Source: Octopus sinensis | Lineage: Eukaryota | Length of the DNA stretch: 64,000 nucleotides | Direction: 5' to 3' | NCBI RefSeq assembly: GCF_006345805.1 | Contig: NC_042998.1 | Location: 42,346,001-42,410,000, forward strand | Part shown: positions 27,230-39,044 of the stretch, piece by piece | Numbering within the stretch: position 1 is the first letter of the stretch | How the letters are laid out: every line of letters starts with the position of its first letter | Position numbers and translations under genes: made by a program | The notes under the pieces: model-generated | Databases searched by the model: none | Seen by the model: only the letters and a program-made list of their open reading frames with translations | What the model was told of the DNA's origin: nothing

Positions 27230-28200
27230 TAAATGATAATGACCTTGTTATCCATGGTTGATGACTTTAACAAACATATTGGGCATCACCATGGTAGATC
27301 TTCTGGCATACTTTGACACTAAAACTGTAGTTTGAGAAATGAAGAGGAATCAAGGCCCATGGAATTTTCATGAAGCAAACAGTTTGGTAGTTTGCAAAAC
27401 AAACTCTGGGAAACTTGATAGGGTTTCCTTTGATCACCTGATAGGGGGTCAAATGTCTGAAATACAAGCCAGTTAGATTTCATATTCATCGGGTGGACAT
27501 ATGGTTGTGAAAGCTAAGTGTTTCCTTGATAAAAGATATATCATACAACATAAACTTCTGATTAGTAATCACCTCAGAGACTCAAGACAATCTTGAAGGA
27601 AGAAAAGATGAAAGTTTAAAGTGCTATTGACCATTTGTAGATCCAGAGAAGTAATAACTCATGCAGGGAGAAAAAGAAAGGGACTTACAACATAATATGT
27701 GATTGGAAGTTCCTAAAAGATAACTTGCTGAGGGCTACATATAAGATCTGTTGCTGAAACAAGGTTTCAGCCAAACTGATGGTGATATGATAGTAGAATT
27801 AATATCATGGATACCACCAGAAGTAAAGGACAGGCCTGGAAAGAGTGGAAGAAAACTAGCTGTAAAGAACAATTTCAAGTAGTTAGAAGAAAAGTTAGAT
27901 GCCTGGTATACTTAACAAGAGATGAAGCCAAAAGTAAGAGTTTTGCACATATTCTTAGGTTAGTGTGTGTGGTGATCTGGATTGCAAGACAATATACTAG
28001 AGAAAATTAAGATGCCATTCGAGACAAATGTGTTAGGAATGACAATGATACACTTACCCTTACTGATGTCAAAAAGAGGTATTAAGCTGCTATTATAAAA
28101 TGTTGAATGAGGATATCTCAGTTACACCCAACAGAAAAACCAGCCATTCATGATGATAGTTGTATACCACTAGTCTTCTCTGATGTAAGTCGTGGACTAA
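27230..28200 (+). mobile_element. Highly decayed RTE-clade LINE fragment (APE endonuclease to linker)
   Basis: Remnant motifs DDFNKHIG, RNEE, SQLDFI and QHKLLIS, then KGQAWKEWK...VYLTRDEAKSKSFA...IARQYTREN...DKCVRNDND, with many stops and frameshifts. Confidence 0.65.
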
Positions 28201-28444
28201 AATGTATATATATATACATACATACATACATAGATAAATACATACATACATACATACATACATACATACATGGTGGCTGCCCCCTCGTTATTGAGCATGG
28301 CCATTGCGCGAAGCTTAATCAATGTTGTTATCGTGCAATGCCTGTGCAAGAAGATTTTTTTTAAAGTGAGGAAAGGTTGTGCACTGAGTCAATGCCACTC
28401 ACTAAGCAACAGCAGCCATAATCCGAAAAGAAGAACAAGTCAAC

Positions 28445-28825
28445 ATCATCGGTAACCACTGAGCCGCAGGTTTTATGTCGGAGTTATCCCAGTTACCTGA
28501 GTTACCTTCTCCTAGAAGGATGCCCTAACAAAGGCTAGGGGTCCTTCACTCCCAATGGTTTAACCACGCGATTGGGTATTCAGTCTGATTATTTCTATGT
28601 CCCCGCGCATGATACAGCCTTAAGACATTTATTGGATGGCCGTTGACTCTCAAGAGTTCCTCCGCCCTTTGACGGGTTTTGTTTTTCATCCCGCAGGGTG
28701 TCCAATAAACATCCTCCTCACCAAGCAAGCTTGGTGGGGTTGCCGGTTTAGTCACCGATGACCCGACCATGCAACAGGTTGTACTGGGTTACATGTTACC
28801 AGTAGCACTCGAAAGTGACCTGATA
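28445..28825 (-). repeat. GC-richer, CpG-rich interspersed repeat, possibly an RTE-type 5' UTR
   Basis: Composition contrasts with the flanks. GGGCATCC...AGGAGAAGGTAACTC...TAAAACCT resembles RTE 5' leaders from memory. No second copy in the window. Confidence 0.35.
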
Positions 28826-28931
28826 TAATAAAAGAGAAAGGAATGGGCAAAATAGTATGATTCAAATATATTAAAACTTCTTTCTTCATCTTGAGGTGCT
28901 TTTCTTTTCTCTTCTCTTATTTTATGCATTT

Positions 28932-29058
28932 TTCTTCACTCTGATGAAGCTCCATGTACCTGATCGAATGTGCTATAGAATATGACGAATATTATTCTCA
29001 GAATTTTCTTTAGCAGCACTGGGGGGACATTGGAAGCAGAAACGGCTGTTAGAAGTGA
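28932..29058 (+). ncRNA. Degenerate hammerhead-like motif of the Penelope type
   Basis: CTGATGA at 28941, stem II GCTCCATGT/ACATTGGAAGC around a long structured loop, GAAACGGCTGTT at 29039. Stem I is imperfect. Confidence 0.35.
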
Positions 29059-29342
29059 TAAAGTTTTGTATAAAAAAAATAATAATCGATGGTAGTCGAT
29101 TTGTTTGTTGATCAAGAATTTCCACCATTTTCTGCTTAATTTAAATTTGAATCCTGATAAACCCTTGTTTATTTTGTTATTGCCTGTATCCTATGAGCAT
29201 AATATGCTTGCATATGTATGCCCAGGATTAACATAAGTAACTTATACCGGTAGTAAAAACAAATATTCTTATCCCTTAGACAGTTATTCCAACTGCTAAG
29301 TCTACTGACCTATATATATATGTGTGTGTGTATGCATGTATA

Positions 29343-29402
<60 letters not shown>

Positions 29403-29457
29403 ATATATTATATATATATATACATATATATATACCTATACATATATATATATACAA

Positions 29458-29510
<53 letters not shown>

Positions 29511-29680
29511 GGCACAGGAGTGGCTATATGGTAAGTAGCTTGCTTACCAACCACATGGTTCTGGGTTCAGTCTCACTGCATGGCACCTTGGGCAAGTGTT
29601 TTCTACTATAACCTTGGGCCAACCAAACCCTTTTGAGTAGATTTGGTAGACAGAAGCTGAAAGAAGCCCATCACACATAT
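29511..29680 (+). mobile_element. SINE family A 5' half, directly upstream of the CR1 LINE
   Basis: GGCACAGGAGTGGCTATATGGTAAG...CTGAAAGAAGCCC, then (TA)n, then the LINE. The SINE 3' half is absent. Confidence 0.85.
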
Positions 29681-29778
29681 ATATACATATGTATGTATAT
29701 ATATATATATGTAGGTATGCATATATATATATATATATATATGTGTATGTATGTATATATATATATATATATATATAT

Positions 29779-32293
29779 GCGAGGTCCCTCCTGAACCTCA
29801 TCAACACCCTGTACATGGAGCAAGTAATACTCCAACCAACCAGGGCAGGTAACACACTGGATCTCTGCTTCACAAATAATATGGATCTCATCCATAATGT
29901 GAAAGTGACACCGACACTACTCTCGGATCACAACATGGTAGAGCTGACCATGTACGGGCCAAAGGAAAGCATGGACATGCAGCCTACAAGAAACCCTCAG
30001 AATCTTTCCAGCTTGAACTTCCATAAGGCAAACTGGAAACAAATTGAGAAAGAGATCCTCAAACAAAACTGGCCTGAATGTCTCTCCTCGCCAGACATCG
30101 ACGTGAAACTTCAACAATTCATGTCTGTAATGCAAGCCATATGCTACAAATGTGTCCCAGAGAGAAAGGCCACTGTACACAAGAACAAAATCCCAAGAGA
30201 GAGGAAAATTTTAATGAGACGGTGTACAAAAATTTCAAATCGCCTAAACAAACAAATTGAAAGCATTGAAAAGTCCCGCCTGAAAATAAAACTGTTGGAA
30301 ATTGAAAAATGTCTGCAATTCTCCCATGAAAAGGAAAGAGCAGACAAAGAAGCCTGGGCTATAAACAACATAAAATCTAACCCCAGAGCTTTCTACAGGT
30401 ATGCCAAAGAAACAGCTACGGTGCACTGTAGGATAGGGCCACTCCTTGAAAAGGATGGCACACTCACAGGAAAACCAATGAGGGTAAGTGAAATACTGAA
30501 TGAGCAATTCAAGAGTGTTTTCACTCCACCTCTTGGGCATTTCCAAATCACCAATCCAACTGACTTCTTTACCACTGCAGATATAAAATCAGAGGCAGCG
30601 ACGATAGATTACATCGATATAAAGGAAGATGATGTAATAAAGGCTATAGATGAAATGCAAACAGACTCAGCTACTGGCCCCGATGGATTCCCGGCAATTC
30701 TCCTAAAAGTATGTAAGAGAGTCCTAGCAAGACCACTGCAGTTCCTCTTTCAGAGCTTCCTTGCAGCTGGCAAACTTCCAAGAAAACTGAGCCCTATTCA
30801 TAAAGGAGGTAGCAGAGCGGAGGCCAAGAACTACAGACCTATCTCTCTGACCTCACACATCAGCAAGGTCATGGAACGAATAGTCAGAAGGAAACTAATC
30901 ACCTTCCTTGAAGAAAATGACTTGCTGCCTGACACCCAACATGTTTTCCGACCAGGAAGAAGCTGCTTAACTCAGCTCCTACTCCTATGACTGGGTACTG
31001 AAACGACTGCTCAACCACTCAAATGTGGAAGTGATATATCTCGACTTTGCAAAGGCCTTTGATAAAGTTGATCATGGAATGATATGTCACAAACTGCGTG
31101 ATCTTAGCATAGTTGGAAAACTGGGAGAATGGCTTCATGACTTTCTGAAAGATAGAAGTCAGGTGGTAGTAGCCATTAACACGCAAATAGTGAGCGGTGT
31201 TCCGCAGGGCACTGTTTTGGGACCACTACTGTTCATAATGGCCCTCTCAGACATGCCCTCAGCCATGCAGAGAGCCACGATCACAAGTTATGCAGATGAT
31301 ACAAAAGTTTCACAGGCAATACAGAACCCTGAAGACACTAAGCACCTGCAATGTGAGCTGGACAAAATATACAAGTGGGCTGAAAAGAATAGCATGCAGT
31401 TCAATGCTGAAAAGTTTCAAGCTTTATGCTATCAGCATGCAAAACTGAATGCAATACCCAATGAATACACTGGACCCGGAGGGATTGCAATCCCAGAGAC
31501 ACAATCAGTGCGTGACCTGGGTATTCACATGAGTGATGACGCAACCTTTCATGTACATGTTGCTAAACTGGCAATGAAATGTAGACGGCTGGCCGGATGG
31601 ATTCTTAGAACCTTTAGAACAAGAGAACAAGAAACCATGATGGTCCTCTGGAAGACACTTGTCCTAAGCCACTTTGACTACTGCTCTCAGCTATGGTCAC
31701 CATCCAGTATCAAGTTGATCACAGAACTTGAGGCGATCCAATGAAGCTACACGAAGAAGATGGCCTCTGTGCAGCATATAAGCAAGCTACTGGGAAAGAC
31801 TCAAGAGATTAAAACTCTATTCCTTGGAGCGTAGGCGAGAAAGATATGCCATAATATATATCTGGAAGATCATGGAAGGACTTGTCCCAAACTTTGGCAT
31901 CGAGAGTCACACAAATGCCAGAACCGGGCGCCACTGCATGGTACCAAGGACTCCAAATTTGCCATCAAGATGTAGGACAAGATACTGTGATAGCCTGGGC
32001 TTCAGAGGCCCACAGCTCTTCAATATCCTCCCGAAGAACCTGAGGGACCTGCATGGTGTAGATGCGGATGTCTTTAAAGTAAGACTGGATCTTCCTGTCA
32101 GGTGTCCCGGATGAACCAACTTCACGGCAGGAGGTGCAGATGAGGGCAGCTGCATCGAACTCTCTCATACACCAAATGGCAGTTGCTAAAAAGCATTCGT
32201 GAGGTAAAATCATGTAGCAAACCAAATGGCGGTGCCCCAGCATGGCCACAGCTCATGAGCTGAAACTGGAAAAATCAAAATCAAAATCAAATC
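29779..32293 (+). mobile_element. 5'-truncated CR1-group LINE (end of the APE endonuclease, full RT domain and 3' UTR) carrying a few inactivating lesions
   Basis: Motifs PTRAGNTLDLCFTN, SDHN, GPDG, KNYRPISLTSHISKVMERI, YLDFAKAFDKVDH, SGVPQGTVLGPLLF, YADDTK and RDLG. There are frameshifts near 30985 and about 31775, a stop at 31742 and short in-frame deletions. It ends in a (TCAAAA)n-like tail and is flanked by (TA)n on both sides. Confidence 0.93.
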
Positions 32294-32735
32294 ATATATA
32301 TATATATATATATCGATAGGTGAATGAATTATCCTATGTTTATTTATTTATATATATTTATATCTGTGTATTGAGTGAAAATGTACAAAGGTAATCCAAT
32401 TTCATTGGTACAGTAAGTATAGCTACTGATGTTTATGACTATTAAGCAGTTTTAAGTTTCATATTAAGTATCCTACTACTTTTTGTAATAATGATAGAAA
32501 CATTTTAAATCCAAAATAAATAGCCATATTGAATAAATAAAAAGAATGCTATATTGACTGTAGTGACTCTCAAGAAATGTGGGTGGAAATTTGAGTACTG
32601 AGAAAATATTGGGTAACTCTAGTAGGATACTATTTACCCTGGAAGTGAATTATAGCCATTTCTGAATAAAATAAAAAGAGAAAGAATAAAAACAAGGAAA
32701 AAGGGAAAGGCAAGAAAATTATTGAGTTAGCCTCA

Positions 32736-32737
<2 letters not shown>

Positions 32738-32818
<81 letters not shown>

Positions 32819-32823
32819 TGTGT
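32738..32823. repeat. (TG)n microsatellite
   Basis: Direct reading. Confidence 0.97.
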
Positions 32824-33459
32824 GTAATTAAGGGAAATATTAAATCTTAATGTTAGTTTAAAAGAAATCTAGAAGAATGTGGAAAAAAATGCTTCTAAAC
32901 TTCTCTTTTTGAAGGCTTTCTCATTTTCTCAATTTGTTCCTCATTTTGTATGGAATAGGTTAAAAATAGTCATACATGAATGACTTGACTTTTGTCAGAT
33001 GTTAATTGGCTGTAATTAGATTAAAATGAAAATATCTTATTTTCTGAAGTACTCTAAGGAAATAGCAGAAGGAGTCTGGTTTCCATTCAAAGATATTGGC
33101 TAACTAATTGAAATGAATGACTTTTCCATGTGTGATAGGAAATGCTCATTGATGTAAAATATTTGTGCTTACTATATTTATATAGAGTGTTTGTTTACGG
33201 AGTCTTTACAAAAAAAAGTGCAAAAGTTGATTAATTTGACATTTTCTGTCCCAGCCTGGCCACATTCTAATGACTGAAACAAGTAAAAGAAAGAATAAAA
33301 GAATAGATCTTTCACAATTATAAAGTTTTTACAGTTTAAAAAATACATCCATCATTCCTACATATAGTTAATTTCATAAAATATCTTTGTGTAAGGCATT
33401 CACTAAAACAATGATGTACACACACACACACATGCATATACATCTATATAAGTATATAG

Positions 33460-33504
<45 letters not shown>

Positions 33505-33529
33505 CATATACATCTATATAAGTATATAG

Positions 33530-33574
<45 letters not shown>

Positions 33575-34170
33575 CATTTCTGTTTCTTTAATTTCCCTAA
33601 GTAATAAAATAATAATGAACAATGTTTTAAAATAGAGTTGGCTTAACCAACTCCAAAATATTATTTCCATTTCTTTTTATTTGAGAAGGTACTAGGCCAT
33701 GTTTTTGGAAGGAAAAAGAATTGTAATTAAACTCAGAATATTAAAACTATCTATTGCAAATAGCAATCAATAAGTTCAATAGAAACCTGATCAACCCTTA
33801 AGTCTGTTAGAAAATATAAATTAATCAACACGCAGAAACACAAAAGATGTAATTAATAGTTTGATCAATGCATATTGTTTTAAAACCAGATCTTTTACTT
33901 GTCCTTTATTTCATTTACATATCTCTTATAGTTAATATAGTCTGATGGCTACAGTACAACACATATCACACAATGCTCATAATTTTCACTATAAATTTTT
34001 GCAATAAAAACATTTTCACACATGAAAACTCTAGTAATCCATTTATGAAGGAAAATCAATGTTGAGAAAGAACTAAAGTGAACCAAATTTATATAAATGA
34101 CCAACAACAAATAAGGTTAGGTTCTCTAGTATAATTCTTTACTTTGCTAAATAAAGCCAGCGTCTCTTAC

Positions 34171-34284
34171 TGCTGTTGAAGTAAGGTTTGTACCTCACTA
34201 GTACTCTGCACTTGAGATTGCAATCCATGGCACCTTCTTTCAACAACCTTCTTTCCATGCTAGGGTTGTGACATATTGCCTCTC
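34171..34284 (-). CDS. Candidate 114 bp symmetric exon, product unknown
   Basis: Good polypyrimidine acceptor ttttctcctttcatatacAG and donor A|GTAAGA. One open frame (phase 1-1) reads EAICHNPSMERRLLKEGAMDCNLKCRVLVRYKPYFNS. No family recognised. Confidence 0.3.
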
Positions 34285-34740
34285 CTGTATATGAAAGGAG
34301 AAAATGTGATTGTTAAATCTGGTGCTGAAGGGTCTTTTTGCTAAGCTCACACATTTCCACATGTCCATCTGTCCATTTGACATAGCCTCTGCTTTATATA
34401 CAATAGTTTCTGTGTTGCTTTTAAGTAGACATGTTATGTTGCTTCTGCACGAGCATCTCGCCTCTCTTTCAAGTATTTGTAATAGAATTGGAATAGTTCA
34501 GAACTTATGCTTTGTAAGCCTAGTACTTATTCTATTGGTCTCTTCTGCCGAACCACTAAGTTACATTGATGTAAACACACCAATATATACGATGGGCTTC
34601 TTTCAGTTTCTGTCTACCAAATTCACTCATAAGGCTTGGTCATCCTGAGGCTATAGTAGAGGGCACTTGTTCAAGGTGCCACACAGTGGGACTGAACTTG
34701 GAACCATGTAGCTGGGAAGCAAGCTTCTTAACACGCAGTA

Positions 34741-34841
34741 TACCTGAAACAACCCTGAGTCAGGAGTAAGACTCGTCTGGACAGTAAGAGGATACTATTG
34801 GTCAGACCAGTCTTACTTCTGACCATGGGTTGTTTCAGGTA
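34741..34841. mobile_element. About 100 bp hairpin MITE with TA ends
   Basis: Perfect 15 bp TIR TACCTGAAACAACCC/GGGTTGTTTCAGGTA. Pairing continues through GTCAGGAGTAAGACT/AGTCTTACTTCTGAC. Confidence 0.72.
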
Positions 34842-35253
34842 TACTACCTACTTATAATAATAAGTAAAATACATATGAAATAAGTAAATAATACATTATA
34901 GTCAACTGTTATTATTTAGTTCTATAACTATTGGTATTTCTAATTATATTTCTTACATTTTATTTTATTCTTTGACCTAACCAAATTGCTCATATAGTTA
35001 TTACATATTTAACCCACTCCTTTGCCCTGTATGTAGGAATGTACCACTAAATATTATAACTATTCCAATTCTATTTCTAAATGCTAGTTGGCCGAAAGTT
35101 TCCCAATGAGTCAGCATGTAGCATGAATTGATTATCACTATTCTCACTTTCTCCTTCTTTTTCTTTTCCTTCTTAATTTGTATTTTATTTACTTTTCTGC
35201 TCTGATGAAGTTCCACGATTCAAATTGATATAATTAATTACAATAATAACTAT

Positions 35254-36169
35254 TTATTATTATTATTATTATTATTACTTTTTTTTTCCTTCTTTCAAAT
35301 TTGCTTCCATTTCTTGCCGAGTGTCTTCCCGACTCCTAGGGCAAAGAAACTCATAGTATACATTGGTAGGCCATTAAACCAAACTCAATAGTTCGTTCAT
35401 TTAAAAAAAAATTTTTTTTTTTAAGTTAAATTAAAATACATGAGCAGCAACAGTTCTCACATCAACAATGCTCTTCTCAATACGTGTGATGTACCAGTTA
35501 AGACAATCTTTTGCACTTCTTGCAGGGATAGTAAGCCAGGGATCATTCTCATATAATTTTCGGTTCCCTTCTTGATCATTCCTAGTGCTCCTACGATCAC
35601 TGGTATTGTAACCGCCTTGAGATGCCACATTTTCTCAATTTCAATGAGTAGGTCTTTATATTTTCTGAGCTTGTCAAACTCTTTCGCTGAGATATTATGA
35701 TCACAGGGGATTATTATTATTATTATTATTATTATTACTTTTTTTTTCCTTCTTTCAAATTTGCTTCCATTTCTTGCCGAGTGTCTTCCCGACTCCTAGG
35801 GCAAAGAAACTCATAGTATACATTGGTAGGCCATTAAACCAAACTCAATAGTTCGTTCATTTAAAAAAAAATTTTTTTTTTTAAGTTAAATTAAAATACA
35901 TGAGCAGCAACAGTTCTCACATCAACAATGCTCTTCTCAATACGTGTGATGTACCAGTTAAGACAATCTTTTGCACTTCTTGCAGGGATAGTAAGCCAGG
36001 GATCATTCTCATATAATTTTCGGTTCCCTTCTTGATCATTCCTAGTGCTCCTACGATCACTGGTATTGTAACCGCCTTGAGATGCCACATTTTCTCAATT
36101 TCAATGAGTAGGTCTTTATATTTTCTGAGCTTGTCAAACTCTTTCGCTGAGATATTATGATCACAGGGG

Positions 36170-36170
<1 letters not shown>
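35254..36170 (-). mobile_element. Two tandem, apparently identical 460 bp 3' ends of an R4/Dong-type LINE
   Basis: Each copy encodes PCDHNISAKEFDKLRKYKDLLIEIEKMWHLKAVTIPVIVGALGMIKKG...LQEVQKIVLTGTSHVLRRALLM* (RLE C-terminus) plus UTR and a (TAA)n tail. Period 460 bp; ORF track entries 35431 and 35891 are identical. Confidence 0.85.
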
Positions 36171-36211
<41 letters not shown>

Positions 36212-36464
36212 GTTGTTGTTGTTGTTGTGGTGGTTAAACCTGGAAATCACACTAACAGAAACAGCTGTAAGTTGAGATCCTGTCCTTTTGTAATTAATTA
36301 ATATATGATAATTGATGTAAATCAATTGTTATTCATCAATTTTATCTCTATTTTCTGCTTTCCTTATATATATGTGTGTATATATATATATATATACATG
36401 TATATGTGTGAGAGACATCTAAGAGACCATAAGTCAGAGAAAAAATGCACTTGTATATTTCGGA

Positions 36465-36495
<31 letters not shown>

Positions 36496-36524
36496 GTATA
36501 TGTATATATAAATATATATATATA

Positions 36525-36883
36525 TTCTTTTATTCTTTTGTTTCAGTCATTTGACTGTGGCCATGCTAGAGCACCACCTTTAGTTGAGCAAATCTTTGTA
36601 AGCCTAGTACTTATTTTATCAGTCTGAACTGCGAAGTTACGGGGACGTAAACACATCAGCATCGGTTGTCAAGCGTGTTGGAGTGGCAAACACAGACACA
36701 CACACATATATATATATATACAATGGGCTTCATTCAGTTTCCGTCTACCAAATCCACTCACAAGGCTTTGGTCAACCCAAGGCTATAGCAGAAGACACTT
36801 GCCCAAGGTGCCACACAGTAGGACTGAACCCGGAACCATGTGGTTGGGAAGCAAGCTACTTACCACACAGCCACTCCTGTGCC
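36525..36883 (-). mobile_element. SINE family A
   Basis: Head and tail as in the other copies, with a small internal deletion. Confidence 0.85.
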
Positions 36884-37196
36884 TGAGCATGCATGGCTTT
36901 GTTGTTAAGAGATTTGCCTTCCAGCCATGAAGTTTTGGGTTCACCTAGGGTGAAAGAAGCCCACTGCATATACATACATACAGTGATAGATGATGGTGGT
37001 GGAGGAGGGAATATGTATTTTCCTACACTGTTTATATTAATTCTAAGTCAGTCAAAGAATAGGTGCATGTGTGGGTGTAGGTGTGTTTGTGTTTGTCTGT
37101 GTGAGTGTAGTGTGAGTCTGTGCATGTGTGCATGAGTATAAATATGTATGTGTATTTATCTGTACATGTATATATCATTATATATATATATGTATA

Positions 37197-37236
<40 letters not shown>

Positions 37237-37311
37237 TGTATATAAATATATATATACTCTTTACTCTTTACTTGTTTCAGTCATTTGACTGTGGCCATGC
37301 TGGAGCACCGC

Positions 37312-37354
<43 letters not shown>

Positions 37355-37959
37355 TTATATGTATGTGTGTGTATGTGTGCATAGCGGATGGATGTGTACA
37401 ACTGTGTGTGTCAATCTTCCAGCATTTCTAAATGTCTAAATCTGTTGTTGACAAAAGCACTGTCTAAGTCTCTCTATGTATATGAATGTGAATGGGAGAG
37501 AGAAAGAGAGAAGGAATACAGAGAGAGAGAGAGAGAGAGGGAGTGAAAGAGAGAAGAAAAAGATAGAGAGAGAGAGAGAGAGAAGGAGATAGCAAGAGAA
37601 AGAGAGTGAGATTGTTGATGAGGTGAAGAGATGCTTTTTAGTCAGCCTCTGTCAATAGGAAGTTGGCCTCACTGCTGCTAGTGTTTAATATATTAGAGGA
37701 GCCTTTCTCTCATTTTGTTACTACAGTTGTAGTAAGTTGATAACTACTTTCTCCATGGGAAGTTGTGTGCTCCCCAGACTGTTTAGTAGACACTGTAGTT
37801 TGGGGGCAGGAACAAAAACATAAGAAGGAAACAAAAAAAAGTAACAAAAAAACAAACAAACATAAAATACTGTAAATCAATTACACACACACACACACAT
37901 ACACACATATATACATACACACACACATGTATCAAATTTCTATTTTTAGAACTTTAGGA

Positions 37960-38345
37960 GAGTTCAGCTTCTTGACCTCATCCTCATCATCATCATCACC
38001 ACCTCACCACCACCACCACCACCACCACCACCACCAGCAACAGCAGCAGCAGCTTTAACATTGCCATCTGAAATATTTTAACCATTATTATTATAACCAT
38101 CATTACCTGGCACCACTGACAGTACTGTCAACATTTTAATTGCTGTCCTTTATCTGGTGCCAGCACAACCACTGACAGTAACTAGCAGTTGCAGTAATAA
38201 CAGTAGCAGAATCAGCATCACCAACACCACCACCACCACCACTACTACCACCACCACCACCACTATCACCACTACCACAACCAAAACCCTCAATACAGCA
38301 GCAACAAGCCATTGATGTTACTACAATTGGTACTATAACCATTGT
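37960..38345. repeat. Cryptic trinucleotide (CAC/CAT/CAG) low-complexity region
   Basis: Mixed triplet runs with stops in all long frames. A similar region lies at 42440-42930. Confidence 0.8.
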
Positions 38346-39044
38346 TCACCCACCCATAAACACACACTCCATTCACACATCCAAACATATATATATATAT
38401 ACACATATATGTATATACTCATACACACACACAACTTCTGGCTGAAGCCAGGCCTGGCTTTTCCTCATCTCCCATTTGCCATCTATAAAGAGTGGCAGCA
38501 TCAGCAGGAGTAGTAGAGGTGACAGAGAAAGTGACTGAAGTGTAGACAGAAGAGAGGTAGATGCAGTAAGGTTACTAATGTCTTTTTTTTTTTTTCAACT
38601 AAAAGGGTATTTGATGCAAGAATTTCATAGTTAATTTCCTGTATCAAGATTTGAAAGAAAAAAAAAATATTTATCAATCTAAATCTATTAACTGAACTAC
38701 ACACATAAGCAGATGTCACACAGGGATACCTACTTACTTTTATCACACAAACTTTTATATCATTTATGTCTATAATCAGATATACATTGATGCAACATAG
38801 TGCATATATAATTAACTAGATATTGAAATATATAAACCTAAAAATATACTTATAGGGTAGTAATTTCAGATGGATGTGTGAAAGTCATTATTGAAATTTT
38901 CATGGTTGACAGGAAAAAAAAAGAAACAAAAAGTAAACACATTGAAAAAAAGAGGAAAAAAAATATTCTCTGAAATTATAAAATTATAAAATATTTAGAA
39001 ATGTTTCTTTACGCAAATTACTTGTGTCTATTATTATTGTTTAG

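Noticed and set aside
29689-29778. N-terminal 30 codons of the 433 aa ORF
   Set aside because: (TA)n read-through. The LINE-derived part begins at about 29779, so this is not a true start.
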